DNA of 64,000 nucleotides from an uncultured Methanosarcinales archaeon (GTDB lineage Archaea; Nanobdellota; Nanobdellia; Woesearchaeales; CAZYIM01): NCBI GenBank assembly GCA_964647565.1, contig CAZYIM010000002.1, positions 16,235 to 80,234 of the forward strand, read 5' to 3'. Shown piece by piece: positions 19,694 to 29,878 of this stretch (position 1 is its first letter; each line of letters starts with the position of its first letter). The notes under the pieces were generated by a model. It saw only the letters and a program-made list of their open reading frames with translations, ran no database searches and was not told where the DNA came from. The position numbers and the translations under genes were made by a program.

Positions 19694-22600
19694 GTGCCTA
19701 CCAATTTCCAGAACATAGATCTTTTTTCTGGGGAGATTAGCGAGTCAATCCCGCTTTTTAGTTTGTCTGGCAGATCAGGCATGGGATTTTCGCTCGCTGC
19801 AAGCTATACCTCGAATTATGATGCTGAGAAAGAGAACAGCGAGCAGCCTGCTGGCTGGCTTGGACTTGGCTGGAACTTTGGATTTGGGGCTGTTACTGCG
19901 AATACAAAGGGAACCGCTAATTTTGAGGATGACACCTTCTATCTTAATAATGAGAAGCTTATCAAGATCCCTGGAACAGAGAACCAGTACAAGCTGAAGA
20001 ATTATCGTTATGTCAAGATCTTTCGGGTGGTAAAAGACAGCAAGATCAACTATTGGGTTGTCTATAATGAGGATGGTTCGATGACCATCTTTGGCCAGGT
20101 GCCCAATGCTATTTCATATATGATCGGCAAGGGCGACTGGGTTGGCAATGTCTTTGAGGGTGATACTGAGCTTACGCCCACTGCTTGGCATCTCTACCGG
20201 CAGTCTGATGGCTTTGGTAATAAAGTGACTTATCAGTATCAGAAGACCGATGAATATCTTAAGTCTGACAGTTGGCAGTCCAAGTATCCATATACAAAAG
20301 CCATCTATCCTAAAAAGGTGATAGATACAATTGGGAGGGAGATTGTGTTTAATCTTGCTAACAAGGAAATTGATGAATATTACGATCCTTATCCATTTCC
20401 AGAGCCAGATTCCTATATAGAGTTTTATGAAGATAAATATCTGGACAACATTGTTGTCTATAATCCAGATAAGACTCAGTCACAATCTGTGACATTTGAA
20501 TATGAGCTGGTTGGAAGTGGTCAGTTCAAGAAGAGGCTTTTAAAATCAATAACCAAGTCTATATATAATGGCGGCCAATGGAATCCGCTTCCAAAGACAG
20601 TCTTTAACTATAATGCTGTTTCTGAGTTAAAGCCTGCGGCTCTTAAGAAGATCGAGCATCCTACAGGCGGTTCGACAGAGTACCAATATAAGGAACAGGA
20701 GTTGGCTTACACCAAGCTTGACGGTTCGCTTCAACAAGATCAGACTCAGGTCGGTTATCTTGGCAACAACTATATGGTTGTCAAGCATGGTTCTGTTAAA
20801 AGCAATAACTATTATTTCCTTGGGAAATATTCTGTTGCCAGAGACATCAGTGTGTATAACTGGGATGGCCATAAGTGGGCGGACAAGCAGGATTTTGCAA
20901 TTAGCACTGACAAGAGGAATCTTCACATCCATTCAGGCCCTGATTATTTCCTTGTAAGGCCTGTCCAGTCTGACGAGTTTACTATGTTCCAACGGCATGG
21001 GGATAAATGGGAAAAGGAGACAACTATTAAGTTTGATCACCAGTTTGAGATAAGTGGAAACCTTGATCTTGCTGAACAGACCTATGTTACAGAGAAAGAG
21101 ATTTCAGTCTATCCGATGCAGGACAATCTTTTCTTGGTCTATGGTAGGAATCATCATAAGGTCAAGGCATATCATAAGAAGCTGAATGCTCAGAACAGAG
21201 TTGAATGGAGTCAGGTTACTCTTCCTAAGCATCAGTTCTCTGGTTATGTCAGAGTCTGGCCAAGCAATAATTTCTTTGTGCTCAGACATGGTTCTGAAGG
21301 AAAGAAGATTGATGTCTATAACTGGGAGAATGACAAATGGATCAGGAAGAACAATGCAATGAATATCGGTGCTGGAGTCATGGATGTTACTGTCGGAGAT
21401 GATTTCTTCATAATAACAGATGCAGACAAGAAACTGCATATCTATGAGTTCAAGGGTGATTCATGGGTTGAGGTCCAAAATAAAAATTTGGCTAATAGCC
21501 ATCTGGCCAAGGTCTCTGCTGGAAATAACTTTTTTGTATTGGGATATTTTAACGGGGATAATGTAAAGCTCTTTGAGAGGATTAACAATCATCAGTGGCA
21601 GATAGAGTCCTCTGCAAAAACCCTTTTTACATCTTCAAGTGGTCATAAGATCTTTGATGTCTTTGCTAATAATAAATATATAGCTATTGTCACGAGAAAG
21701 AAAACAGATCACAGCCACACATATTATTTTACTGTCTTCAATAAGATCAATAACCAGTGGGTGCAGAAAAAGACCAATGAGAAAATCGGCAAGGTATTTA
21801 CTCAGGGTCAGTATCAACTCCAGGAGAACAACTGGAGATATAGCGATATATCTGCCCAGGTCTCTTTTGGTAAGGATCTGTTGACAGTTTCATTATTGGA
21901 CACCACGTATCAACAGACAGAGAGTTTTGATGTTATAGCTCCTGATAATCCGATTAATCCTAATTATCAGGCTTATCAGAGATGTAATGCTAATTACCAG
22001 GCCTGCCTGACACCTTGTGAATCATATAACACCAATTCATATGGTGGTCAGTTCCCATTGCAGGAATGCCAGCTTGATTGCGGTTCGTGGAACAATAATA
22101 CCTTTTGTTTCTCTGTCAATGAATTATACAGCAGTGTTTGTGAAAGTTTTAAGAGCTGCCTGACTGGATTTGCCAGTTCATGGTCTAATAAGTTATTGAG
22201 TTGCCAGAGCCAATGCAAGAGTGATTGCAGCACTGCAGAATCCAACTATGTTCCTGCTGCTAACTATCAATATGACCAGTGCAGAAGGGGTTGTGCTGAT
22301 GCATATGAGTATAACCGGGACGGTTTTAGCTGTGCCAAATGTTTTTGGTCTGATTTAGGTGAAATATGTAATTTTGGTGAATGCAGTTGGGATAAATTGG
22401 GTGGTGGCGTTAGTGCTGCCAGATGTCATAAGGACCACTATGAGTATCCTCTTTCCAAATATTTGTTTAATGTTGGTGGAAGCAAGAAAGCCTATTATTT
22501 TGATGGCACTGATTGGCAGGTCCTTGATGACAGTGAGGAGGACATGGCCTTGCAGTTTGAAATAGACCAACGGCAAGGAACTTCTGTAGGTTTCTTTGAT

Positions 22601-23383
22601 TCCAGGGTCCTTGAATATGACTATGGTTTTGCTACACCTGAACTTTATTATGATACTATTGCATTGGCTGGTCCTAAAGTGGATAAGAACAACCTGCCTA
22701 AGATGACCAAGTTCTACAAGTCTGCTAAGAACAGGGCAAAGGGCAATGCAGTGACTTATCCAATACAATCCAAGATTGTGGATGATGGTATTGGCCAGAA
22801 GATTACATATAGTTTTGACTTTGCAGAGGGCAAGCATGACTCAACCTTAAATACTGTTCAGTTCCATAAGGCCACTGTTAACATGCCTGCAAATTCAGGT
22901 AGGATTGTAAATTATTTCTACAATGGATTGAGCAAGGAGGATGGCAGCCAGTTCCCTGACAAGGTTGGAGGTCTTAATTTTGAAAAACTAAATGGTCTCA
23001 CATACAAGTCTGAGACTCTGGCAGCAGACAGCAGCAAGGTTGGAGAGTCCTATAACCAATATGAAATTATCAACAAGGGCCACTCGTCTTTCCTTGTACG
23101 CGGAACAAAATCAGAGACCAGTGTTGATGGAGTTACTTTGTTTACTGAATACGAGTTTAATGAACTTAATGGCATGCCTAAGAAGACCATTGTCTATGAC
23201 GCAAAGAATCCATCTAAGAAGCTCATCACTGAATCAAGATTTGCATTTGAGCAATATCCTGAAATGAAGGTTTACAATATGCTTACACAGCCCTTTGAGA
23301 CCAAGACATATATTAATACACAGCTTGTCAGGGTCAATAAGGTTGCATATAAAAATTGGAAAATCAGCGGAGGCGGTAACTAG
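19694..23383 (+). CDS. SpvB/TcB-like N-terminal domain plus beta-propeller repeats plus Cys-rich domain protein (Tc-toxin/teneurin-like component)
   Basis: N-terminus SIPLFSLSGRSGMGFSLAASYTS...GWLGLGWNFGFGAV resembles the SpvB/TcB N-terminal domain. At least 7 tandem ~50-aa repeats of the form FFV/I....KhxhYxWxxxxW suggest a propeller. A Cys-rich region follows. The reading frame stays open upstream to about 19505 and encodes a signal peptide (see findings). Confidence 0.65.
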   Translation: MPTNFQNIDLFSGEISESIPLFSLSGRSGMGFSLAASYTSNYDAEKENSEQPAGWLGLGWNFGFGAVTANTKGTANFEDDTFYLNNEKLIKIPGTENQYKLKNYRYVKIFRVVKDSKINYWVVYNEDGSMTIFGQVPNAISYMIGKGDWVGNVFEGDTELTPTAWHLYRQSDGFGNKVTYQYQKTDEYLKSDSWQSKYPYTKAIYPKKVIDTIGREIVFNLANKEIDEYYDPYPFPEPDSYIEFYEDKYLDNIVVYNPDKTQSQSVTFEYELVGSGQFKKRLLKSITKSIYNGGQWNPLPKTVFNYNAVSELKPAALKKIEHPTGGSTEYQYKEQELAYTKLDGSLQQDQTQVGYLGNNYMVVKHGSVKSNNYYFLGKYSVARDISVYNWDGHKWADKQDFAISTDKRNLHIHSGPDYFLVRPVQSDEFTMFQRHGDKWEKETTIKFDHQFEISGNLDLAEQTYVTEKEISVYPMQDNLFLVYGRNHHKVKAYHKKLNAQNRVEWSQVTLPKHQFSGYVRVWPSNNFFVLRHGSEGKKIDVYNWENDKWIRKNNAMNIGAGVMDVTVGDDFFIITDADKKLHIYEFKGDSWVEVQNKNLANSHLAKVSAGNNFFVLGYFNGDNVKLFERINNHQWQIESSAKTLFTSSSGHKIFDVFANNKYIAIVTRKKTDHSHTYYFTVFNKINNQWVQKKTNEKIGKVFTQGQYQLQENNWRYSDISAQVSFGKDLLTVSLLDTTYQQTESFDVIAPDNPINPNYQAYQRCNANYQACLTPCESYNTNSYGGQFPLQECQLDCGSWNNNTFCFSVNELYSSVCESFKSCLTGFASSWSNKLLSCQSQCKSDCSTAESNYVPAANYQYDQCRRGCADAYEYNRDGFSCAKCFWSDLGEICNFGECSWDKLGGGVSAARCHKDHYEYPLSKYLFNVGGSKKAYYFDGTDWQVLDDSEEDMALQFEIDQRQGTSVGFFDSRVLEYDYGFATPELYYDTIALAGPKVDKNNLPKMTKFYKSAKNRAKGNAVTYPIQSKIVDDGIGQKITYSFDFAEGKHDSTLNTVQFHKATVNMPANSGRIVNYFYNGLSKEDGSQFPDKVGGLNFEKLNGLTYKSETLAADSSKVGESYNQYEIINKGHSSFLVRGTKSETSVDGVTLFTEYEFNELNGMPKKTIVYDAKNPSKKLITESRFAFEQYPEMKVYNMLTQPFETKTYINTQLVRVNKVAYKNWKISGGGN

Positions 23384-25893
23384 TGGTTTACCGATTGATC
23401 CATAGGATTTGCATATTATTGATGATTTTGGCACTTTTTACCAGCTTTGCATATGCGCTTCCTGTTGGCGGAGTTTGTGAATGTGTGGCTGATGAGCAAC
23501 GGGATAGTGATGGAAATTATGAATATACCTGCGAACTGGAATGTGAATGTGCTTCAAACTATGGACCGCCCAATACAGGATGTGAGATGAGACGTCCATT
23601 TAATCCAAATAACCCTTGTATGCCGACTGGTTCCCTTGAATGTGTATGCGAGCCGACTTGTGACTGGGAATCTGCTCCTGAGTGTGCAGAGAGTATAAGC
23701 GATGGCTGCTCGGGCAGCTGTACGCGGGATTCGGATGAAGCGAGTTGTTCTGATGGTGATGGAAGGTGTCTTAATGGTGTCTGCAGGACTTTTGGCACCC
23801 TTGCTTATGCACCTACTATAACCTCTGCATGGAAGGATTCTAACTCAAATAATAATCTGGAAGCGAGTGAATATCAGAAAGTACAGGAAGTGGTAAGCAT
23901 TGATGTATATGGTAATGTCGAACAGACCAAGGATGCCAGGGGTAATTCACAATACACCCGGTTTGACAGTGTGGTCAATGCATTTCCAGTCAAGGGCTGG
24001 AACGATGGTATGGGCAACGAAAATGTTCCTGCCTGGCAGATTGTCTATAGGCCTGATTGGGTGCCTATAGAGACTGTTGATGCCAATCAACAGAAGACCA
24101 GGATAACTTATGATCAATATAACAGGCCTGTGGAGGTCTATAGTCCTAAAGACCTGAATTCGCAGCCGACGGTTACATATGAGTATGCGTTTTGGTCAAG
24201 TGCAAAAGAACCCAATCTGGTCATAACCAAGACCAAGTTGGATGACTCCAAGAAGATGGTTATGTCATCTCATTTTGATGGTGTTGGAAGGTCTCACCAG
24301 AGTGAGGTCCAGGCAGATTCGAGTTCTGATATTGTTTTCCTGAATACTTATAACTCAAGAGGTCTTGAAGAGAAAAGTTACAAGCCTATCAGACGAGGAG
24401 GTGTTATCAATAAAAATTTTATAACTGCTAATGCCGTTGCTGAGACAAGACAGAAATTCATGTCAGTATCTGAGAAATCAAGTTTGGTTGGCAGTGAGAA
24501 GTTTATCAAGAAAGAGTATTATGCTGATCCACTTGGCAGGATAAAGAAAGTGATCTCTTATGATCCTAGTTCCTTCTCAACCATGGAATATGTTAATGCT
24601 AATGGAAATAAAATAGTGGTTGCGAGGGATGCAAATGGCCATTATACAAGATCTACTTATGATGCCTTTGATAATCTTATCAAGATGGAGGAGAATTCTG
24701 CAGATGATACCAGTTACCTTTATACAACCACATATGAATATGATCTGCTTGGCCAGCTGTTGAAAGTGACTGGTCCCAGGGGCTTGGTGTCAACGAATAC
24801 TTATAATTCACTTGGACAACTGGTAAGTTCTACTGAGCCTGACAGGGGCACAACCACATTTAGCTATGACAAAAATGGCAATCTTGTCACTAAGACTGAT
24901 GCCAAGGGCATAACAATCAAATATGAATATGACAAGCTTAATCGCTTGACCAAGACTGACTATCCCAATTCTGTTGATACTGTCCAAGGTTATGATGTAT
25001 GCCTGAATGGCAAGGGCAAGTTGTGCAGGGTTTCAGATGCTTCGGGGATTATGGAGTTTGAGTATGATGCGAATGGCAATGTGATTAAGGAAGTCAAGAA
25101 GATCAATGCTTTTGGCGTAGGCAAGACATTTACCATGCTTTATGAGTATGACTCTGCAGGCAATGTTTTGAGCCAGCAGATCTATGGCAGGCCTGCAATA
25201 TCTTATGCGTATAATATCATGGGCCAGCTTGCGAGTGTCTCTAGGGACAATGTGCTTCTGGCATCATTTACCTATACTGACACTGGGGCACTTAAGGATA
25301 TGCTCTATAAATATAATGGTAGGGCTGTTGCAACCATGAGCTACACCTATAATCTTAATGAATGGCTTGAGGCTATTGATGCGAGAGCTGGTGCTGATGC
25401 TGTTTTCCAGAGGACTTATAAGTATGATCCTGTTGGCAACCTGAAAAAGAAATTTGACGATATTTCGAGTACTAAACTGTTGGCTGATTATGGCTATGAT
25501 CCGATGGACAGGCTTAAAGAGGTCATTGGTATGGATTATTATGGTAAGGATATCAGCTTTACCTATGATGCTGCGGGCAATAGGTTGACCAGGAATGCCT
25601 ATAATTATAGTTATGGAAGTTCCAATAATAGATTGGTTGAAGATTCAGCTTTCAGCTACACCTATGATGTCAATGGTAACATGCAGACCAGGACCAATAA
25701 GCAGACATCTGAGATTACCACATATTTCTATGATGCTGAGAACAGATTGGTAAGGATAGAGCTTCCTTCTGGAATTGTCAATGCGTTTGCCTATGATATG
25801 AATGGCTTGAGAGCCGTGAAGAAAGACTCGAGAGGTACCACCCTATATGTCTATGACATGGGTGGTAATGTGATTTATGAAAAAACAATTTAA
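23383..25893 (+). CDS. RHS/YD-repeat protein (shell-forming repeats) with signal peptide and Cys-rich N-terminal module
   Basis: Many YD repeats (TYDQYNRPVEVYSP, YEYDLLGQLLKVTGPRG, TFSYDKNGNLVTKTDAKG, YEYDKLNRLTKTDYPN, YEYDANGNVIKEV, etc.). N-terminal signal peptide. GTG start overlaps the upstream stop. Confidence 0.8.
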   Translation: MVYRLIHRICILLMILALFTSFAYALPVGGVCECVADEQRDSDGNYEYTCELECECASNYGPPNTGCEMRRPFNPNNPCMPTGSLECVCEPTCDWESAPECAESISDGCSGSCTRDSDEASCSDGDGRCLNGVCRTFGTLAYAPTITSAWKDSNSNNNLEASEYQKVQEVVSIDVYGNVEQTKDARGNSQYTRFDSVVNAFPVKGWNDGMGNENVPAWQIVYRPDWVPIETVDANQQKTRITYDQYNRPVEVYSPKDLNSQPTVTYEYAFWSSAKEPNLVITKTKLDDSKKMVMSSHFDGVGRSHQSEVQADSSSDIVFLNTYNSRGLEEKSYKPIRRGGVINKNFITANAVAETRQKFMSVSEKSSLVGSEKFIKKEYYADPLGRIKKVISYDPSSFSTMEYVNANGNKIVVARDANGHYTRSTYDAFDNLIKMEENSADDTSYLYTTTYEYDLLGQLLKVTGPRGLVSTNTYNSLGQLVSSTEPDRGTTTFSYDKNGNLVTKTDAKGITIKYEYDKLNRLTKTDYPNSVDTVQGYDVCLNGKGKLCRVSDASGIMEFEYDANGNVIKEVKKINAFGVGKTFTMLYEYDSAGNVLSQQIYGRPAISYAYNIMGQLASVSRDNVLLASFTYTDTGALKDMLYKYNGRAVATMSYTYNLNEWLEAIDARAGADAVFQRTYKYDPVGNLKKKFDDISSTKLLADYGYDPMDRLKEVIGMDYYGKDISFTYDAAGNRLTRNAYNYSYGSSNNRLVEDSAFSYTYDVNGNMQTRTNKQTSEITTYFYDAENRLVRIELPSGIVNAFAYDMNGLRAVKKDSRGTTLYVYDMGGNVIYEKTI

Positions 25894-27286
25894 GATGAGA
25901 AATGACCGCTTCGTATTGGTGATTGTGGCAGTAGTTGCTATAATTGGCTTGATCTTTGTTTTTCTTAGTAATAATCTTGGAACTGGCACTGGGTTGGCTG
26001 GTGCTGGAATCAGTTGTGCTTCTGTTTGTCATGATGGAGGTTATAGTCGTGGTTTTTGTCTGCCTTCAAGTGCTGGTTGTGCAATTCCAGGCAGTGTTCA
26101 TGAGTCTGATGCAGATGTTTTTTGCACTGATAAGTTGTCTATTGATGCTTTTTGTTGCTGTAAGGCTGGTGTTCAGGGATCTTTAGATGATGATAAAAAT
26201 GTTCAATCTGTAGAGGTTGGTACTGAGTTTGTCTATGCTGCTGGTCAGAGGATTGCTAAGATACGGGGTAATGATGTGTTTTTCTTTGTCAATGATCATT
26301 TGGGCAGTCCGAGGAAGGTTCTTAATGCTGTTAGTGCTGTTGTTTCTGAGCTTGATTACTTGCCATTTGGTACTGAGATGACAGATAGCAATGAGGATTT
26401 CAAATATACTGGAAAAGAACAAGACTTGGATAGTGGTTTACATTATTATGGTGCGAGATATTATGATGCTGATATAGGCAGATTCATAACTCCTGATACT
26501 GTTGAAGCGTTTCCTAATCCGTATGTATATGTTGCCAACAATCCGATGAAGTATATTGATCCCACTGGACAACAGATAGATTACAACGATGAATTCAAGA
26601 AAGCCTGGGGTGAAGGGTTTAGGGTTATTGCAGCGACCGCAGGGGGATCACCAGGTAACCAAAGGGGGACACAAGGCGCTTGGGAGAGGGTTCAATCGGT
26701 AACTCAAGGTTATATGATTGGAGGAGATTTCAATTTAAGGGAATTCGATTTCAAGAACATCTTTGGTAAGAATTATCATGAAGGTATCGGGGAGAAATGG
26801 AGTGATTTTATTCTTGAGGAGACTAAAGACCTTGTCGCACAATCAGGTGCTGAGTATGATACGGGGACGACTTGTGCTGGCTTTGGGCTTTACCTTTTGT
26901 TCAAGTTCGCAAATAAGATGGATTATGATACTGTTTCCCTGAATCTTGAGCGTGGAGGTGTGAATGATAATTGGGTCAGAATTTTTAACAAGGCATCTGT
27001 CCGTGAGCTTGAGAGCGATAACAGGAAATGGGGTAATTATAAAGCTACTTTTAAAACTAATAAGGTCAAGGATTCATGGTTTCAGCAGGGTCCTTTGGCT
27101 AGCACTAATAATATTGAAAGGAATTCACGTCTTATTAAGGGATCCGCCAAGACAAGTGGTCTAAATAAGCATACTGCTGAAGATATATTGGAACAGCCGG
27201 CAGGTACAATCTTGTTTGAATCTCACGAGGGTAGAAGTTGGGGGCACACCACCATAATAATCAATAAGAATGATGTGCCAAAATAA
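25877..27286 (+). CDS. RHS repeat-associated core domain protein with unique C-terminal (toxin-like) domain
   Basis: N-terminal TM, Cys-rich module, then GLHYYGARYYDADIGRFITPD...NPYVYVANNPMKYIDPTGQ core. The divergent 260-aa C-terminus is unrelated to that of 17938-19380. Overlaps the YD-repeat gene by 17 nt. Confidence 0.75.
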   Translation: MKKQFKMRNDRFVLVIVAVVAIIGLIFVFLSNNLGTGTGLAGAGISCASVCHDGGYSRGFCLPSSAGCAIPGSVHESDADVFCTDKLSIDAFCCCKAGVQGSLDDDKNVQSVEVGTEFVYAAGQRIAKIRGNDVFFFVNDHLGSPRKVLNAVSAVVSELDYLPFGTEMTDSNEDFKYTGKEQDLDSGLHYYGARYYDADIGRFITPDTVEAFPNPYVYVANNPMKYIDPTGQQIDYNDEFKKAWGEGFRVIAATAGGSPGNQRGTQGAWERVQSVTQGYMIGGDFNLREFDFKNIFGKNYHEGIGEKWSDFILEETKDLVAQSGAEYDTGTTCAGFGLYLLFKFANKMDYDTVSLNLERGGVNDNWVRIFNKASVRELESDNRKWGNYKATFKTNKVKDSWFQQGPLASTNNIERNSRLIKGSAKTSGLNKHTAEDILEQPAGTILFESHEGRSWGHTTIIINKNDVPK

Positions 27287-27292
27287 GAGACT

Positions 27293-28324
27293 CTAGTTCT
27301 TGTATTGGCAGAATTTATGCATATAACTGTTATGATCATCTTTTGTTAATTTCACGCCCAAACCTTTTCCAAATCCTTGGAAGGTCTTGAATGACTGCTC
27401 ATGTTCGCCATCCATATATTGTAGCTTTGCCTTAAAAAGAGAGAGATAGCTGTCATTTCCAAGATTATTAGCTTCTTTCAGTTCATCATAGAGCTTTTTG
27501 GCCATATCAAGATTACGTTCTATCTCGTCATATTCGATCAGAGCGTTGTATTTTATCATCGACTCAATCTTTGCACTATCTGTGGCTGCAATGAATTCAA
27601 CATCTTTACTTTTGTCATCAATCTTGTAATTGAATGTTCTTGTTTCAGGATCAAAGCTGAAATAATCCACCCCGTCAAAATAGGTAAGGTAGCTATGTCC
27701 TTTTGTAACAGTTAGATGGACTGGGATTTCAAGATATTCACATATCTTCATCTCTGTTATTGATTTCCCGTCGCAATCCAATTGATCATTGACCAGACCG
27801 TTCGCTAGCCTGTTTGCATTCCTGAACGTCTTGTCATCTTCTGGATTTTTAATGAATTCTGTCTTTTCACTGATTATTTCATCAATTCGTTCAATAGCCT
27901 GCATTGAAAGCAAGCTTTGACTAGTGTTTGTTTTAGAATCTCCTGCAGTTATCTTAGTTTTTACTTCATCTATATTGTTGAATTCTTGGTCATATATTGA
28001 AAAGTCTTGTCTGGCGACGAACATGCTTCTCATTATGTCATTTATGACTGAGTCTTCTTCTACGATGATATTGTAATTGTTTATTTTAGCTTGTGCAGCC
28101 ATAATTTGTTCATCTGAAATAGGTTTTTGTGAGAATGCAAAGATTTCTTTTTCCTTTTCTAGAACATAGTCGATATTACTGTTTTCTGGGTTGACAGTTT
28201 GGGATATTGAAGTGGTTTCTTCTTTATTGATGTGGGTTGATTTGTAACTTCCCACACAATTTGAGGCGAACATAGTTACACCCATTAAGATTAAGAGAGC
28301 TTTCTTCATGAAATTGCGTTTCAT
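27293..28324 (-). CDS. secreted lipoprotein, possible transglutaminase-like cysteine peptidase
   Basis: Signal peptide plus lipobox (FASNC). C-terminal LDCDGKS...IPVHLTVTKGHSYLTYFDG...FDPE is compatible with the Cys-His-Asp transglutaminase-like core. Weak call. Confidence 0.4.
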   Translation of the reverse strand: MKRNFMKKALLILMGVTMFASNCVGSYKSTHINKEETTSISQTVNPENSNIDYVLEKEKEIFAFSQKPISDEQIMAAQAKINNYNIIVEEDSVINDIMRSMFVARQDFSIYDQEFNNIDEVKTKITAGDSKTNTSQSLLSMQAIERIDEIISEKTEFIKNPEDDKTFRNANRLANGLVNDQLDCDGKSITEMKICEYLEIPVHLTVTKGHSYLTYFDGVDYFSFDPETRTFNYKIDDKSKDVEFIAATDSAKIESMIKYNALIEYDEIERNLDMAKKLYDELKEANNLGNDSYLSLFKAKLQYMDGEHEQSFKTFQGFGKGLGVKLTKDDHNSYMHKFCQYKN

Positions 28325-28329
28325 ATACT

Positions 28330-28380
28330 ATTAATTGATTTAGACATTTATAAATCTTTCGATTTTTACTACTGTTTAAT
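28330..28380 (-). promoter_or_regulatory. conserved upstream motif shared with 29712-29765 (putative shared promoter)
   Basis: CATATACTATTAATTGATTTAGACATTTATAAATCTTTCGATTTTTACTAC upstream of 27293-28324 is about 80% identical to CTATACCTACTATTGATATTCTAATATATAAATCTTTCTATTTTTACCAC upstream of 28419-29711. It includes a TATA-like TTTATAAAT. Confidence 0.3.
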
Positions 28381-28418
28381 AGTTATAGAATTTGATGAGA
28401 AATCTAGTCAGTTTAAGC

Positions 28419-29711
28419 TTATTTTCTTAGACTTTCTTTTGCCCTGACGATCTTGAAATCAGTCGGATACAGGAATCTAAGTTCTTCCACGATTGGTTCC
28501 TTGAACAGGGTGTGTAATACCTCATCTTCAGGACCTAAATAACCTAATGGTGCGTTGTCCGCTGCAAGCAAGCCCACATGTCTATTCCATAGGACAATAT
28601 CTCCGATCTTAGCGCCACCCTGGCCTATCTTTACTAGTTTGCCGTGATTTGTATATAACTCATCTGAAACGGAATTCTTCACAGAGGCAATCTCATTTAC
28701 ATAAGGACCTAAAGTCATGCTGCCTCCGTATGGCAGATTGCCATAACCAGAGAGTCTATGGGCCGCTACCACAAAATCAGCACAATCAGCTCCGACAAAA
28801 TGTTCTGCCTGGTTGTCAAATTTATTACCAGTTAAACTAGCACTACCCCATATATAAGGATTGTTGCATAAGGCGTATGCGTTATCAAGTATGATAATGC
28901 CAGTATTTCCTTTTTTTGAAATTCTGTGAACATCATCAGAAATCCCGCCCTTAAACCTTGATTCTGAGCTCTTTGAAGCACTTATGCCATCTTTATAACG
29001 GATTTCTGCCATATACCTCATTGTGCCGACAGGAATTCCATCAACAAAGACGGGATCAAGTATTGTGGGTTTTACATTTGCTTGTATCTTAAATCCCTTC
29101 CATGACGTCTTGGTTTCTTTATACTTTAGTGTTGCCCAATGCCATGAAGGATGGGTGTTAGAGTAGTAAAGATGATCTGAATTACTTTCAATTTTAAACC
29201 AATTTACTGATACGTCTTCGAATTTAGATGGATCCAGGATGTTTTCCGGACTTATGATCTCATTATTAATCTTTAATTTGGGTGTGGCTGATATATACTT
29301 AATAAGACCATCATTATCCTTAACTTTTAATACAGCATATAGGACAGGATCCTCAGAATGGCTTATTATCTTATTTGCATTAGAAGCATATCCTGTGCTA
29401 TCCTCTGATGTAATAACTACATCATTTAGAAGCAGATCATTGATATGTGTAATTTTTTTTGTTTGGGGTTTAATAATGATCTCTGTCTCTTTTACTAACG
29501 TAGAAACAGCTCTTGTATCAATATTAAATGGTGGGGGACTAAATTTATTGTCTTCTTCAAATCTAGATGCGAATTTAGGTTGGTTATATGAATATGGTTG
29601 AGGATTCTGGGCGGGAATTTTTTTTCCTAATGCGAATAGGCCGAGGCATACTCCTGATACTATCAGGATAGTTTCTTTTAAAAAATCCCTTCTACGCCTA
29701 TTCTTAATCAT
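28419..29711 (-). CDS. Tat-secreted NlpC/P60-family cysteine peptidase-like protein
   Basis: Twin-arginine motif NRRRRDFLK plus hydrophobic stretch. C-terminal ADCADFVVAAHRLSG...GDIVLWNRHVGLL...H resembles the NlpC/P60 Cys...His...His/polar arrangement. Confidence 0.5.
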   Translation of the reverse strand: MIKNRRRRDFLKETILIVSGVCLGLFALGKKIPAQNPQPYSYNQPKFASRFEEDNKFSPPPFNIDTRAVSTLVKETEIIIKPQTKKITHINDLLLNDVVITSEDSTGYASNANKIISHSEDPVLYAVLKVKDNDGLIKYISATPKLKINNEIISPENILDPSKFEDVSVNWFKIESNSDHLYYSNTHPSWHWATLKYKETKTSWKGFKIQANVKPTILDPVFVDGIPVGTMRYMAEIRYKDGISASKSSESRFKGGISDDVHRISKKGNTGIIILDNAYALCNNPYIWGSASLTGNKFDNQAEHFVGADCADFVVAAHRLSGYGNLPYGGSMTLGPYVNEIASVKNSVSDELYTNHGKLVKIGQGGAKIGDIVLWNRHVGLLAADNAPLGYLGPEDEVLHTLFKEPIVEELRFLYPTDFKIVRAKESLRK

Positions 29712-29765
29712 TCTATACCTACTATTGATATTCTAATATATAAATCTTTCTATTTTTACCACTTT
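29712..29765 (-). promoter_or_regulatory. second copy of conserved upstream motif (putative shared promoter)
   Basis: See 28330-28380. Same spacing relative to the start codon. Confidence 0.3.
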
Positions 29766-29878
29766 CGAGTTGTAAAAACTTGAAAGTTGAGGTGGGGGGT
29801 GTAGTGCTCTGACAGACTTTTCAGTAGTCATATTACTATAAAAAACCTTTATAAATGTGTAATTGTTCTTCTCTTTTC

